NCBI RefSeq assembly: GCF_035084215.1
Contig: NC_090346.1
Coordinates: 9,672,001 to 9,736,000, forward strand
Direction of reading: 5' to 3'
Length of the DNA stretch: 64,000 nt
Source: Heptranchias perlo
Lineage: Eukaryota
In this document: positions 12,244 to 27,653 of the stretch, piece after piece
Layout of the letters: each line of letters begins with the position of its first letter
Position numbering within the stretch: the stretch's first letter is position 1
The notes under the pieces: model-generated
Database searches by the model: none
What the model was told of the DNA's origin: nothing
Seen by the model: only the letters and a program-made list of their open reading frames with translations
Made by a program: the position numbers and the translations under genes

Positions 12244-14862
12244 ATTCTTGAAGACAACTTTCGGCAGTTCACTCAGGAATCCGATGCTCTTTTACTAGGC
12301 CTCTCAGGAGCAGAGGGAAATAATTTTACATTTCATTATCCATTTGTTGTAGGTTGCACACAGGGCATATTGGACATTTCTCACGAGGTTTAGTTTTCTA
12401 AAGGGATGTTAATGACTGTGCCATGTTGCCAAATGCCTGATGGTCCAATAGCATTCACCATCCAATTCAGCCAGTGTAAACAATAAAAGGAGACTGTGGT
12501 ACCGTACTGCCATAGATTTAGCGATTTCAAGGGAGGGGTGAGGCGACAAGGTTTATGTGGTCCCAAGTAAGAAATGTTTAACTGGAAGAGGATCAGAGCA
12601 TTGAGCTTTCATGTCCTAACTGGAGATTAAAATCCAATCCGAGAGGAAAGTCTCTCCTCTATAAAAAGGCAGATTCTCGGCTTAAATAAATTTGGATGCT
12701 AATCCACAGCATAAAATTCAGTACTAGTTATCACACTGTCAGCTGGTACAGTATTGGAATTGGGAGTGTTGTCAGCGCAAGGTATATTGTTAAAAGCAGC
12801 ACTGAGGAAGCCAACTTGTGCTCACATTCCTAGGCGTGCTCAGTGACAGGGAAATGTGGAGAACTTCTTATTCCCCATATCTGATATACTTCATCACTAA
12901 TTGGGAGGGCGGGGTGATTTAAAAACTCTCCGTTGAACTGTAGACCAATATCAGACAACTACAAGTCCACCACAATCTACTCAGACACCTCTGACATTTA
13001 AACAACACAATTTTCAACCAGCTTTACACCCCCGAAATTCTTCAAAAATTCTCAAAAGGTTCCAAGGACTTGCAACTATGTGGTATGTTAATTAATGCTG
13101 CATGGGCAAGTGGTGACAATAGCTCCTTAATCTCAGAACAGTTGGTTTTCACCTTCACAAATGTTATTATATTGGTTGACCGGCAGTCTGCTCATCTCCC
13201 TGATTATATTCACCTAGTGAATTCAGTCCACGACTGCAGGGTGAATCACACAATATAGATTTGGGTGTCCAACCGTCATTCTCCAACACCCCGCCCCCAC
13301 AACCAACTCAGTCCTGTGTGTACATGACCTATCTTGTGGGCCTCGAGCCTTGGAAAGGGCTGTTTGTTTTAAAGCATAGGTGGATAAATTAATGGGAAGA
13401 TGGCTGTGGTCTCCCCTCTCCACCCCTTAAGGTACAAACTTATATGGTCTGCAAAGACAAAAGCTTGGCCATCCCTAGTTATAGATAAGCATGCTGTCTG
13501 GTAAGTTAACAGTGCATTAGTAACTTGAAAGACATCTCGGGATTCAAATATAACCTGCTCATGATTTAAAGTCAACTGAATCGTGGCGCGTTGCTGCCCT
13601 GTAAATCCTACACGGAATCCTTGTAACACTGCCACCTATACCATCTTATTTGCATCCTAGAGGACCCATAGCCTCCACCATGGATTTCCCATCCGCAACT
13701 TCACTGTGTACTGAATCTCAAAAACAGTGCTGGTATTGCAACGGGACAAGAAAAAACAAATTTGCCTTCTTTTAGCAGCAACACATTCGGTTTGCTCACT
13801 AACGTGTTTATTCATAGTATGCAGTTCAAACCATTTAACACTAAGAAATGCAACACTTTTAACAAGCACACCTATTCAATCTACTAATTTGGCAGATGCA
13901 CACTTTAACAGAATGGCAAAGTAGAAATTTTCAGAACATAGTTTCAGTATTCTTTCCTATCAAAGGGGCACAGTCATATCTTACTTTTTTTTGGGCCAAA
14001 GGAGCCATGCATCATTTTCAGCATGATGCACACGCAAGTGATGCAATGATGTGTGCTTCAATGCAACTCACCCCATTGTTTCACGTAGTTGTAAATAAAC
14101 TGGCATCTGTCAAAAGCTTTTCCACAAATTCCCCTTGAATGAGCAACTGGTTCAAAAAAAATGGATATACTGCAAAGCTTCATTCACAAAAGTTACCGTG
14201 TAAACTATTTTCCAAAAAAAATAAGCACCTGTATATCAATGAAAATATTTATGGGAAATGTTTGGAAATTGATGGGGAACACTGGTAAGTGACAGGATAC
14301 AGACAACGCTGATATATACTGCCCTCTACTTCTGCCAGTGGGTCCCGATTTGAATAGTACAACACTAACACTTTGAATACTACATTTTAGTGTAAATACT
14401 GCTACAGTGGCAGCTGCACAATACTGCTTCCATTGCCCTATAAATATTGAATGCTCATTTTGCTTATTATTCAACATATGAAAGTCTAAAAGCTGATAAT
14501 GGTGTAACATGTGGAAAATGTTCAGCATTTCAAGTATGATTTAAAGCTGTGTAATTGAAATAATACTGACTCTGGATGAAAAAGGTTACCGTGACTGTCG
14601 AGGGAGTAGAGAATTTATCTGGCAAATAATGAAACTGACTCAAGACTTATAAGGGAAGCATATTCTACTGAATGGTATAAAGACATTGAATCTGTCACCT
14701 CTTTTTATCTTGCTTTACATTTCATTCTGGTGTGAAAGTCAGCCTTGGATTAGCACTTTATAATTCACTTCATGTAGACTTCTGTATAAAGAGCTACTCC
14801 TGAATGGGAAGTGTTCTTTACAATACCAAGTTATATCACGGAGTGGATCCATGGAGAGGGGA

Positions 14863-14908
14863 GGAGAGAGAGAGAGAGAGACAGAGAGAGAGAGAGCGCG
14901 CGCGAGAG
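14863..14908 (+). repeat. (GA)n microsatellite with short (GC)n
   Basis: gagagagagagagagagacagagagagagagagcgcgcgcgagag. Confidence 0.9.
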
Positions 14909-17054
14909 CGAATGCCACAATGTTCTGAGGTTGTCTCTTGTTAGCACTACTGCTGTAGTGAACACAAACACAGGGCAACCAACAGCTCCTATGTAACAAT
15001 CAGAATTACGTGACAATTCTGTGGAACATGCTTCTCCTTTAGTCTCACTTGATGTGTCTAAATATAAAATGCTTTTAATTTGGTCATATCAACTGAAGTG
15101 TTCCAGTGTCAAACATCAGATTACATTTGGCAAATGCTTCGAGAAACCTTTTAACGTGTTTGTTGGGAACACACAAACTAAGCAAGAAGCAAAAATGCCT
15201 GCTCAGCATATCCTACTGCTTTCCAGAGTGGAAGTAAATTTACATCAATACAAAACAGGTCAAATAAATCCTTTTTCAAGTATTTACCAAAAAAAGTTAG
15301 TGTCAGCCACCATCAGGTATATCGATAGCTCTGGGTATAGTGTTTGACATGGGCTCCAAATTACTGAGCACAAACCGTGCCTTCTGGAGGTGAATATTAA
15401 CCAAGTCACTGTAACATCATTTAGCACTTCCAGCACCATTTCTTCTCATTCTTTATTGGATTGTCTAAGAATGTCCAAGATACACGTATCTATAAAGTTT
15501 TCAAAAAAATTACTTTGTCTTAAAATATAATTTGCATAACATGCCCAACAATCTTTATGCCTGAAGTGTGCCATGTTTAATCAGACACACATCTTTGCCC
15601 CACGGTACACAAAGTTGATCACTGCATCGTATAAATACCATTTCCACAACGCAAGCCAAGGAAAATAAATGCAAGTTTGTTTACATTGCACTGTAATCCT
15701 AAAGTATTAGTATAACCTGAACCCACTATTCGGGGGGCCCTCCAATCCTCCATATTGCATCTTCAGAACTTTATGTTGCTTCCCATGTAATATTACCATG
15801 AGGAATGAAAAAAAATTACTCAAACATGCAGTAAATACCGACCGATGAGTCAGGCTGGAAACGTCACCAAAGTCAAGATTAGGAATCTTGGTGAAATTGT
15901 GACTGAGTCCAAAATGTTCCCTTTTATTGCCAAATAAAAAAAAGTCAGCAACAGCTTGTTTGCAGGGAAACTAGAACCAGGCGATGTATATTGCAGGCCG
16001 AATTCTAATTTCAAAGCTTTCTCGGATCTGGTTTGGAACTCAAACAACGAGTTACACCGAATCAGAGCACCACTTTAACAGAGTCTAACTCCAACACAAC
16101 TTGATGCACATTTACAACAGAAGTGAGCAAACGTGACAGCAACAAAGCTTGGATTTTTGTTCATGAAGAAAGCAGAGACCATTATATAAAAAAAATGCAC
16201 GGTGGAAGAACCTACGTTAGTAACAAAATTAAAATCCCTCTGATGAGCAGCCAGGTGCTGCACCTTTCTCAGTGGCCTTTTAAACCTCAGCACTCCTGAC
16301 TACATGGCAGTGATCTATAGTAAAAAGAAGCAAAATGACTAAGAGTTAACACACATTAAATTCAGATATGCTAAAAGTCATTATCTGGTTTGCAAATGAA
16401 CTTCATTCTATTGCCCTTAATGTGACAATGTCAATTGGAAACTGACTTGCTACAGTTTCACTATTGAAGTAATAACTGAAAATCGGGTTAAATTAATTCA
16501 TCTCAAGCACTGCAGCCTAGCTCAGGAGACAAATTTGAAGATCACATTTTACATTATATGTTCAATAATGTTTCTGATTCGCAGCAATATCAGTTGGTAA
16601 GACCCATCAAAAGCCATCACAGAAATCTTGAAAATCTATGCATTCAACTCTGAACATATATTAGGACCCTTGTGGGAATTCCTTGCTGTAAAATGTTATG
16701 ATCACAACTCAAAATATTCCATGCAAGCCAGATAATGCCTTTGTTTGGAAATGTGGAGAACATGAAAATAATTGAGAGGGTCATAGACATTTGCCTGCTC
16801 ATCACCTGAAACATCTCAGTAGTTCTGCATATTTTGAATTTCTTATACAAATGTCAGGTGTGTACTGTGGTCTTTTACACAAGGTCAAGATCATGGGGAT
16901 GGGCAAGAACTAGTACGGGGATTGGAAACGTCAGTGCACAGGGGAGATACTTCGGAAAATCTATTTGAGACCTTGTTCCTGCAGTCTTCACTGACCACAA
17001 CTTCTCATACGTGACAGAACTATTAGGTGGATACAACTGCCTCGTTTGTCCCCA

Positions 17055-17571
17055 TCATACTACACAGATCTCGCAGATTTTCTTAACACAGTACATCAAG
17101 GATGCCAATGCTATAGTGTTGTGGAGTCTTTTCCTGTGAATATCATCTTTTCTAACCAGAACCACGGGCGTGGATGAAGTGAGTGTGTTCAGAGGTAACC
17201 GGGAGAGTTTGCAGGTGTCATACTCCACTTGGTACTTGCAGCAGGGGTCGAATTGCCATGAAATGCCATATAGAGCTGCGCAGGCCACACTGATGGCCCC
17301 GATAGGCAGGGTTATGTAACGGGTGTATTCTGGAGCCAGTGCTAATGGGGTTAACAGGCAGACTGATCCCGCGATAACAGATGTTTTATGCAAGCAATTC
17401 CCGACTGTGATCCAGCGTGCCGTCTCATCCCCAATTCGGGTTGGCTCAATGATGATATACTTGTACTGGGTCTCCAGGGCTTGCTCCAGCTCATATTCAA
17501 ATTGCTCATGTGCGTTCTCCCCATTGTAGATTTCACGGACAATATAACAGTCTGTTGAATTCAGTGTTCCC
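17055..17571 (-). CDS. TMEM11: Transmembrane protein 11 (mitochondrial), coding exon 2
   Basis: DCYIVREIYNGENAHEQFEYELEQALE...WQFDPCCKYQVEYD...RKDDIHRKRLHNTIALA; acceptor ttttttttacctctgcag before 17571; phase fits exon 1. Confidence 0.97.
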
Positions 17572-17849
17572 CTGCAGAGGTAAAAAAAAAGCATGTAACA
17601 TGTAAGATGGGAAATGAGGGAGACGAGAATTTATAACAATCTGGCAACTCTTAGGGACATCAGCCGAGAAGCAGCTGTAGTTAAATTGAAGTACGTCATT
17701 TCCCCCCACCCTCCAACCTACAGCTTAAAGAGGACAGCAAAATGGGATACATTAGTTGTGGCAATTTTAGTTCAGCTCACAGATTTTTTTTAAAAACTAG
17801 TTATTTATAATTCTTCATCAAAAAAAATTAACGCCATTGATTTATAAGA

Positions 17850-18002
17850 TCTGGTCATTATCACATTGCTGTTTGTGGGTCCTTGCTGCAAACTGGCTAC
17901 ATTGCAACGGTGACTACCCTTCAAAAGTACGTTATTGGCTGTAAAGCACTTTGGGATGTCCTGAGGTCATGAAAGTCGCTATATAAAATGCAAGTCTTTC
18001 TT
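17850..18002 (+). mobile_element. Deu-domain SINE 3' fragment
   Basis: Similar to 25790-25960. Confidence 0.7.
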
Positions 18003-18289
18003 ACTCAAGAGGAGAATTAAGTAGGTATACAGCTCCGACAATTACCAGTCCAGAATCACAACCACCATGAGAATTAAAATACTGTACTTACAACATTGTA
18101 AGTGTTGCGAGAGCAAACTCCTCCTTAATAAAATCTTAACTGAAATCATCTGAACTGCAGGTTATCTTCTAGCAATACCATCTTCAGCAACCATGAAATA
18201 CCACAGTCTAATAAAACTACCATTATTGATTCCTCGTCACAAGATGTAATACTTGGAACAGGATTAGATATTTAAACTTTCATGAAAAA

Positions 18290-18615
18290 ATAAGTAGGGG
18301 AGTCCAAAACTAGAAGTTATAAATATATAAACGTAAGATAATCACTAACAAATCCAACAGGAAATTCAGGATAAACTTAATTACCCAAAGAGTGGTAAGA
18401 ATGTGGAACTTGCTACCACATGGTGTAGTTGAGGTGAATAGCATAAATACATTTAAGGGTCAGCTAGATAAGTACAAAAGAGAGAAAGGAATAGAAGGAT
18501 ATGCTGATAGGATTAGTTGAAGAGGGGTGGGAGGAGGCTCATGTGGAGCATAAACACCGGCATACACCAGTTGAGGCGAATGGCCTGTTTCTATGCTGTG
18601 GACTCTAACTATGTA
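18290..18615 (+). mobile_element. CR1 3' end fragment
   Basis: agagtggtaagaatgtggaac...gcgaatggcctgtttctatgctg; similar to 61200-61430. Confidence 0.7.
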
Positions 18616-19054
18616 AGATACACAGGACACTGAGAATACTCACCCTTCAATTCAAACAAAGTTGATAAAACAAGTTTGTATGAATATCACTTCATATCTA
18701 TAAATATACCTGACATTTCAAAAATTCTCACATCCCTACTTAGATACATAATTACATTATTTTTACTTGTGCAGATCAAATCAATATCAGTGATGTCAAG
18801 CATGGGTTTTAAAAGCCTGTAGCAGGAAGGAAAGACACAGGTAAGGAAGTAGTTCCAGAGCTTTGAGGTGCTAGGAGAGAATGATTAGAGGAGGAATAAT
18901 CTGGGGAATTTTGATTTCAACACAGTGAGGAGGAAGAGCAAGGGATATTTGCAAAAGGTGCAGGTCAGTGAGGGAGAAAAAAAAGTTATGATGAGCTTCA
19001 AGAGAAATGTTTATAATCTTAGTTGGTTCCTTGGGACACAGGAAGCCAGTGTTT

Positions 19055-19640
19055 GGCTATCTGACATCAAGACCCAGATGAGCCAAAATTTCCTTCACCT
19101 TAATGTCTGAAAAACTGAAGCTATGCTCTTCGGCTCCTGCAAACACCTACATGCCTCTGGCCGCGACTCCATGAATCTCCTCAACTGTCATCTTGGGCTT
19201 AACCCAGAAGTATGGAACTGTGACAAAGTCCTCAAGCCCAAGTCCAGCTTCCTCCTTCACACCTAATCTGACAGAGTTTCCTTGCACTTCAACATTGCCT
19301 ACCTCTGTCAAAACCCTATTCTATGCTCTTATCTGGACTTTTCCAACATTCTTTGCCAGCCCATAAACTACAAACCACTCAATGACCCGTGTCCTCAGCT
19401 GCATCCTCAAAACCCTTGTCCTCACCAAGCTCCATGTAGGTCTCCGAGTGCACCCTCTGGTCCTTCAACACTGTCTTACTTCTCACTCTCCATTCCCTCT
19501 GCTCCAGTGACTGCTCCTTCAGCCACCTTGTCACCCACCCTCTGGAGTTCCCTACTTAAGTGTTTTCACCACACCACCACCCTGACTGCCTACAAAAACC
19601 TCAAGATCCTCCTCCTTGACCTTGCCTTTGCGCCCTCCTG
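19055..19640 (+). mobile_element. Highly decayed L2-like fragment
   Basis: Remnants such as ttccttcaccttaatgtctgaaaaactgaagct and ctcaagatcctcctccttgaccttgcctttg. Confidence 0.45.
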
Positions 19641-20449
19641 ATCATCTTTTCTTCACTGACCAGGCTCTGTGTCCACTCACTATCCACTGTCCTATAAAGC
19701 ACTCCAAAATGACTTTTTGTGCTTAATAAGTCCTTTTGTTGAAGGCAAAAGAAGAAACCTGTGTCCAATTTCATTAACATCTCCCTGACTCCACAAAAGC
19801 AAAAATGCAAGCTTCAGGAGACCACTCTTACCCATGACACATCATAAGACAAACTGAATGGATCCACACATTCCCCACTGTCTTTCTGCTTTGGGAACTA
19901 AAGGGCTATAACACAGCCATACTTACCACAATCACAAGAAACCATGTCCCAGAGGGCAACTCAGAGCAGAAACTTAAGAGCATCACCTAGCTAATGGTGG
20001 GCAAGGGAGAGGAGGGAAGGACAACGGTCTTGGAGCAAAGTACCAAGAACACTGACTTGCTCAAGAAATGTCCTTCTAAAGGCTGTGACATCTAACCGAT
20101 ATTACAAGCACTTTATAGGACATGAAGGAATGCCTATCATTCTCCAGTCTGAATATTTTACCAATTCTACCCAATCATGTCAATTTTAAAAACTTCAATC
20201 ATATCTCTCTTGAGCCTACGTTACATTTAAGCAAGATCTCACTCAAAGTACCTCTGACAATGGAGCGCTCCTTTGTAGTGCACTAGATTATGCGCTTAAC
20301 TGCTGGCTCAAACTGATAATCTTTTGACCCAGAGATAAGAGTGCAGTACTACCAACTGAGTCCAACTGCTCAAAAAATATATTACTTAAAGAAAAAATAC
20401 CCACCACAAATTTTCATTTTATTAACAATTTAAGAGTTATGCCAGAGAA

Positions 20450-22600
20450 ACTTGCAAGAGCTGATAGAAAATTGGGCTCCGGCAGTGTCCCCATATATTT
20501 GAATACTGTTCAATTTCCTCTCACTTTTGTCACTGGGCAACAAAGAACTGTCAGACGAAAACAGAGGATCATTGAAACCTTCTTTAGAGCATTCAAGGGT
20601 TGCAAATGTAGATTGATACAGCAATTGAGAGACCAATAGGATCATTAAGATGAAGTTAGGTGGGTTGTGTTCATCCATTTGGTTGCACAATTACAGAAAA
20701 ACAATCCTACGTTGTTATTCCATTAGCTAAAGTATTTTATCAATCATGGATGAAAAGGAATCCTCTGGTTAGTGCCAATGATCGACAAATTGTGCTCCCC
20801 AACAAACCCATCAGGGGATTGTCTAACTCTGAAGAGAGCAATATACTAAGCTGGAGTCTCACCCAGCAGGCTGTAGTAAGGATCCATTTGCAAAGAGGTT
20901 GTAAAAGTTGGTGGAGTGTGCTTTATAGATAGAAAGCCTTAATAAACAGTTGTAGAGAAGGCAGGGGACTCCACATTGCGTCACCTGAATAGTAGGGCAA
21001 CAGGCATTGACTGTATTCATGCTAAATTCCTAACATCTCCTCTAGGCAGAGAGAATGGCGAAGGTCTTTGAAATCAGAGCCAGGAACTGCCCTTCTGAGG
21101 TGATTAAGATCCTGTTCGATGCATGTACACATTAGGTTTTCCACAGCACGGTTACGGTTTCTAACCATAAGTGAGCCCAAAACTATCAAGAAATTCTTGC
21201 CAATGTCAGTGGCTCGTCAGTTGGTTCTTTGGGTGGTCAGGACAGACACATCAGATGCTTTGAAGGTCTGCAAAGTGAGCAGAAAGGATCAGGTTGGATT
21301 CCACTCGCATGGGGAATGCGCAGGGCAGTTTATAAGATAACAAAGCCTCATGATGGTCAGGGGAAACCCACGTACATTGCTTTCATTGAAAAGGCTTTCA
21401 ACCTAGTGACTCTAGCAGCTTTCATGAAGAATCTTGAAGTTACGGGAGTACCTTGCCAAATCTTGGATTTGTATAAGGGTGCGAGAAACTGTATGAACCA
21501 CTCCCTCAAGAGTGAGCAATGTTCCAACTTTTGATTCATATCAGTACCTAGGGGTACCGTGAAACGTCAACTTCAACCACAGTCTTGTGGGACCTCGCTG
21601 AGAGGGAGAAAAAGGATTCTGCTCTCATTGAAGGGAGCTGTGAAGACCAAAGTCCCAGTGCAGGCTAATTTTGTAATTGACATGTATTCAGACAGTTCTT
21701 CTTTATGATAAGATGTGCATGATGAATTTGTGGCAAAAAAGGAGAGTTTCCTGGAGGAAGGGCTCTGGCCTACACTGACCAGTCACTGAATACCTTGGCA
21801 GGGCAGTCAGCCTCACTGGCAGGCATACTTCTTTACAAAAGCACCTGGATCAAAAGAGTTGGTGGTGAGCATGCATGGTCTATAGCACCACATTTGGACA
21901 TCTAGAAAATCAAGAGGGTTGGCACATCGCAACCTGCCCTGTGTAGAACCTTCCATCACACATAAAGCTGATATCTGTTGTATAGCTGATGAGCAAACTC
22001 AGACTTGGCGGTCCGGTACGAGATCCCTCACTCATATTGGGTTCACTGCCTACAATGACTGTGTTGAGGAGAGGCAAACGGCTGTTGCTAAAGCTCTGCT
22101 CTTGAAATGGTGGAACACCATTCAATGGGGTACACTGTATGTCCATGCTGTAGTCAGGAGTGATGGTGGCAATGCACTTACATTTTTTTGAGTTGTGCTG
22201 CTCACTATGCCACTCACGAGCAATCCCCGATTCCTACCATCCATCCAGCAAAGACTCAAAACCCCGTCAATCCTCTGTCGCAGACTTGGTAATCCAATGT
22301 CTGTGTCAAGTGGGTCTACAGTATTCTAGGGCACTGCTGATGATTGAGCCAACCTAGCCACTAATGGAACCTGGAAAGGTAGGCCTGTCACTTGGGACTG
22401 GGGTTCTTCCCACTCTACTCCCGATAACCCTGCAGACCAATGCTCTGTCAGGTAGGATGATCCTGGCTAGACAAGAAGTGGGAAACTTGCCAATGCTTTG
22501 TGCTGGTAAGCTAAGAGGTTTGAGTTAGTTATTAAGCAGTTTTAGTTCGTTACACTCCAGCAGAATCAGTTTCCATCCTTCCACCCCCTAGCTTCGGTTC
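20450..22600. mobile_element. Decayed non-LTR retroelement region: possible Tx1-like remnant on - with a short RTE-like RT fragment on + (21350-21540)
   Basis: GKPTYIAFIEKAFNLV resembles RTE RT (PLYIAFIDLTKAFDLV); FYTGQ followed by Cys-containing remnants resembles Tx1 ORF1; weak. Confidence 0.35.
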
Positions 22601-25600
22601 TGCCAACCGACACCTAAACACTCTGGACTTAGGTTAAGTGAGATGTATCTGTAAGGGAATAGAGCATGTGCTCCATACTGGACAAACTCTACTTGTATGG
22701 ATTTCTCAGCAGCTGGTTTTGGAGACTTAAACATGGTGATGGGTTTCTGCACATCAGATACCTAACTGACCAAAAAAGAGTGCAGCTGCACTTGTCTGAT
22801 AAATTGTACTTAACTTGCAATTATATTTGTAAACAAATTGATCCTATACAAATAAAAACAATTATTTGGGATACAGCTATTGCACCGCGCCACTACCACA
22901 GAATGAATAAGATGTAGGTTTGTATGTGATTCTTCAAGTGGCAAGTTCAAGACCAGGATCAAAGATTACCTGGGGTTTTAACACTGCCACATCACACAAA
23001 CATTGCTAAGCTCTTCAAGGATGTTATAGTGTCTTTAGGTGTTTTCAAACCCCTTTTCTTAAACTTTCTCTTCCTAACACTTAGCATGTGCCCCCTTAAA
23101 TTTTCATGAAATTTATCTGATCTTACCTCCACATTCTTTCATTTCTCTAGCTTTTCATCCAATTTTTGTCACATTCAATCCTATGACCTCAAAAAAAACA
23201 GAAGAAAGGCGTTCCACGCCCACAAAACAATATAACTTAAGTACGGCATCACCTAATCGCTACTTGCTGATTTACTTCATCTTGCAAATGGACCACTGCC
23301 ATTCATCAAGCTTTCTCAATTAAGAGAAAGATCTTGGAAAATATGACACTGACATCCCACTGACAGAAACTGAAATTGATCATTTAGCCCATCAGACCTG
23401 CTCCATCAAAGGAAAAATAAAGGCTCAAAATAAAATCAGAGCAGGAGTCACAATAGGACAAACTTAAGACACCCCATTGCTGGCCCAACAGGATAATCAA
23501 GAACACTGAAAAGGTGTGTAGCACAAGCATATTTAGAGATGAAAAGATAAAATACTTCGGTCACAACTTGTCTCATTACATTTGGTGCAGACGTCTTCAG
23601 ATTTAGGGTAAGATTGCAAAAACGCACTGAAACAAATACAGAAATCAGAACTAAACCATGCATGCTGGAGCCTGACATTAACAATGTGAGTGTTTGGTCA
23701 TGACGGGTAGTTACAAATTTTACCTCAACATCCAACTACTACTGCCTACATTTCCGTGGCATATTGAGCACCATCAGGAAATGTTCTGCATAACATGCAA
23801 GCACCATTATAATATTACATATTTCCAAGAAGGCTGCAAGATTTATAGATTCAACTAGAAAGGCTAATTGGCCAAAAATTAGTTAATGCCACACCCTGAA
23901 CACACTTATAATTATGTTGATCAAAAAGGCAAGAATGTTTTTAGACTAATAATTGGTACACTGAAATCTTTCAATCTGCAATATAAGATTACTAAGTGTT
24001 GAGATATATAGGATGGGTAAACTTTAAAAGACATTTGCTGAGCATAACAAGTCTGCTGAAGGAAGGGGTCCTTCAAAATAAAGAAAGTGAATATGTAAAA
24101 TCAGCAGCATTTCACACCGTTTGGGTGTACTACATAGGGAAGCAATAGTAGGGTTTTAAAGTCATTATTACATACACAAAATTTACAGCACAGAAACAGA
24201 CCATTCAGCCCAACTGCTCCATGTGGTGTTTATGCTCCACACAAGCCTCCTCTCACCTTACTGTTCATTCTGTTAAAAAGTTCTTCACATGGGCTATTTT
24301 GTACTCTTCATATTTAATGGGAATTCCAGGTAAAGAACATTTTCTTTTACAAATAAACTAAAAACGTAGTATTGTTGGCCAGAAGATTCTTCAAGTCAAG
24401 TCTCAACACACAGAAACATAGACTGCAGTAAATTAAGAAACTAGAGACATCGCGATCTAAACAAGTGTGCTCAGCACACTTGTTGCCTAGTATTTTTCAG
24501 GAAGATACATCTCATTCTGCCATAATGAACTGCAGCGCAGTTGATACATGGACATATTGAGTAACCGGTCACTTCACTGAAATGTTTAAACTTACATACA
24601 GCAGCAATGTGTTGATAAGCAGAACACTATCATACCCACTGCTTGTCAACACTGAATGACTCGGCAAACATGCTACTTGCCAAATTTAAGCAGACACACA
24701 GGAATGCCAAGTTATAGGTGCATGACCGTACAGTGTTCCCTGTTGGAAAAACAACAGTATTTACCAAAACAAGCAGCTGGAGCTTCAAAAGAAATAGATT
24801 TAGTTTAAGGTATTAAGTTTTAACATTTAAGTTAAAGTGACTGAAGTGTAAAATACCCTGGAACACAAAGCAATCAGCAACTGCAATACAATAGGGGGTG
24901 GGGGGGGGGGGGTGGGGAAGAGGGAAGCAGCAAACCCAGGACTCATTACCCTGATTTGGAAGTTAATTCCACACAGAATTATGACAAGAGCCCAGCAGAT
25001 GCAAGCTAGCGCAAAAATGGGAACCATAGTTGACCAGTCCAACATTACTGCTGGCTGTGCATCATTGTGGATTGCACAGGAGGAGGCCATTCAGCCACCG
25101 TGTCTGTGCTGGATATTACAAAATATGAACCAGTGAATACTGACCATGAGTATTTTACTGTCCACTCCACAGCAATAATATGCAGCAAAACTTAAGAGAC
25201 GAGACACCAATCTACTGATTTAATATCAGTCCCAATATCAGAGCATGAAGCCCTAGAACTTGGGACTGTCCAAGGTTTCTGTCTTAATAAGCCAATGAGG
25301 AGCATACCATGGTGGCTTGTGAGCCACATCAAAAGTTTAAATCAACATTCTCATTGATTTGTTTCTATCTCAAACTGCTCATAGTAAAATCTGGATATCC
25401 TGGGTTAGGAATTATCCACCAATGAGATAATAGCACTAAAAATAGCCCTTTCCAAATCTCCAGCTTCACCAAATTCAAATGGAGCAAACGAGCGAGTTAG
25501 AAATATAAATGCAAATAGAAAAGCTATAGTCGCTTGCGTTTGCAGGTTGCATATACTCCGTGGTATGGAAATCTATTAGTGTGTTGTGATATATTCACCA

Positions 25601-25644
25601 AAATAATTTTAACACAGCACTTCCAGTGTGAACTTTAGCATTCT

Positions 25645-25960
25645 TTTCGGATGAGATGTTAAACCGAGGCTCCGTCTGCCCTCTCAGGTGGACGTAAAAG
25701 ATCCCATGGCACTATTTCGAAGAAGAGCAGGGGAGTTCTCATCGGTGTCCTGGCCAACATTTATCCCTCAGCCAACACCACTAAAAAACAGATTATCCTG
25801 TCATTTATCACATTGTTGTTTGTGGGAGCTTGCTATGTGCAAATTGGCTGCTGCATTTCCTACATTACAACGGTGACTACAATTCAAAAAGTACTTCATT
25901 GGCTGTAAAGCACTTTGGGATGTCCTGAGGTCATGAAAGGCACTATATAAATGCAAGTCT
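25645..25960 (+). mobile_element. Deu-domain SINE, 5'-truncated, in the TMEM11 intron
   Basis: Near-identical reverse complement of 7730-8047; the spurious 62-aa ORFs differ at 3 residues. Confidence 0.8.
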
Positions 25961-27653
25961 TTCTTTTTTTTTCTAATATTATGGTAGAACTCTAGCATTA
26001 TAACTTGGCATTTACCTTCCAGAATATCTATGGGACACAATTTTTAGTTGATCGAAGTTCATTTTTTTAAATAAAAAGAAAATAATTCCAAAATTCCCCC
26101 CCCCTGCTTTTCATTTTTAAAATAGTTTGAGGCAAGAAAATGATTTAAATATTTCAAGTGAAAATTGGAGGAAATTCTTGTTACCAAAATACTCAGCAAC
26201 TTCCGCAGATTTATCTGGTTAGTTTCCTTTCTGGTTATGAACCTTTAACTTTTTTCCTAATTTAATTTCAGTTATATAAATTAGATTTCAGATATTAGGA
26301 GAGATGAGAGAAATGCTACAGATCACATAATATAATTTCTATATGCAGCTGGAAGATGTCAAGAACCAAATCTCAAGATTTATAAATATTAAATTTCAGG
26401 AAATTGCAACTTACATCTTTAATATTGTAAAACTCCCAATGTGCTTAACAGTGGCCAGTGGTTTTCATGTAACACCACAGAACTGCCTTGTACTTAAAAT
26501 AAGAGATAGTTTTTAAAGAGGGAATCTCACCAACTGGTCATTTTAAAAATCAGATTTATATGTGATACCAATCCTTATGATTTGTTCCATTTGTTTAGTT
26601 GCATTGAAACAATAAGTACTGATGCCATTTAGGCAGCTGGTTTGAAGGCATAATTGAGCCTGATCTTGCAAGAGAATGAAATTAACTGGAGATTGCTTCA
26701 GCACCAACTGGATGTGCTAATTCTGACAACCTCACACCGTTGAGCTCAGTAATTCCTTCAAGCCAGCACTTCCAATCTCACCAATTCTTGCGATTAAATC
26801 GAAATAGACACAAAAGAAAAAGGAGTTCCTTTTTTGTAATTCTTTGTAACTGTTGAATGTGCAAGAGGTACAGATGGCAAGATAGCCTCTTTTAATAAAA
26901 AAGCACTAATTTACACTCCAATGATATAAATAGAACATATAGTAAATATGCAATACAGTACCTATTTATAACTCACCGATAGGCGGTTTACCTACACATC
27001 ACCCTCCTGAAATATAAATAGACACTACAGATTTACCCATTTTGCTTCGTCACCAAGCAATAAAGAGGTCAGAGGCACTTTTTAAGTGTCATTGTCTTAA
27101 AAATTGTTTACTTGATCACTTCTCTTGTTTGACCCACAAGGGCAGAAGCGTTATTGAGCGCCTAAAATCTCACGTAAAAAACTGTGCAGCATCTCATCAA
27201 TTTACGACCAATCTAGACACAGGCCGCCAAGAAAGAATTTATTTGAAGTCTTCTTCTCCCTCCTCCACTACCCCCTCCCCAAATGTATTAATCCCTTCAT
27301 GGCTCCAACGGGACAGCTCAAGTTTGGAAGCTTCGAGAAGAGCTGCGGATGAACACGGTTGGCTCATCCCGACGGTGCGGATACCAATTTAATCGGCTAA
27401 GTTTAATTAGGAGACGGTCATTTTACATTAAACCCCCCCCCCAACCGAGTGCGTTACGGAGCCGGAGCCGGAGCCCGCCCCCTGCCTTGCCTGTGGTAGG
27501 CCGGCAAATGTGGAGCTTGCCTTCTCCCTCCCTCCTCGATTTAACAACACGAGCCGCCATCACACGCTAGGGTCGAAAGGTGACGCGCCAAGGCCGTAGC
27601 TCCATCCGTCGGATAAAAGAAAAACATAACTTCACCAGAGCGCGGATACTGAC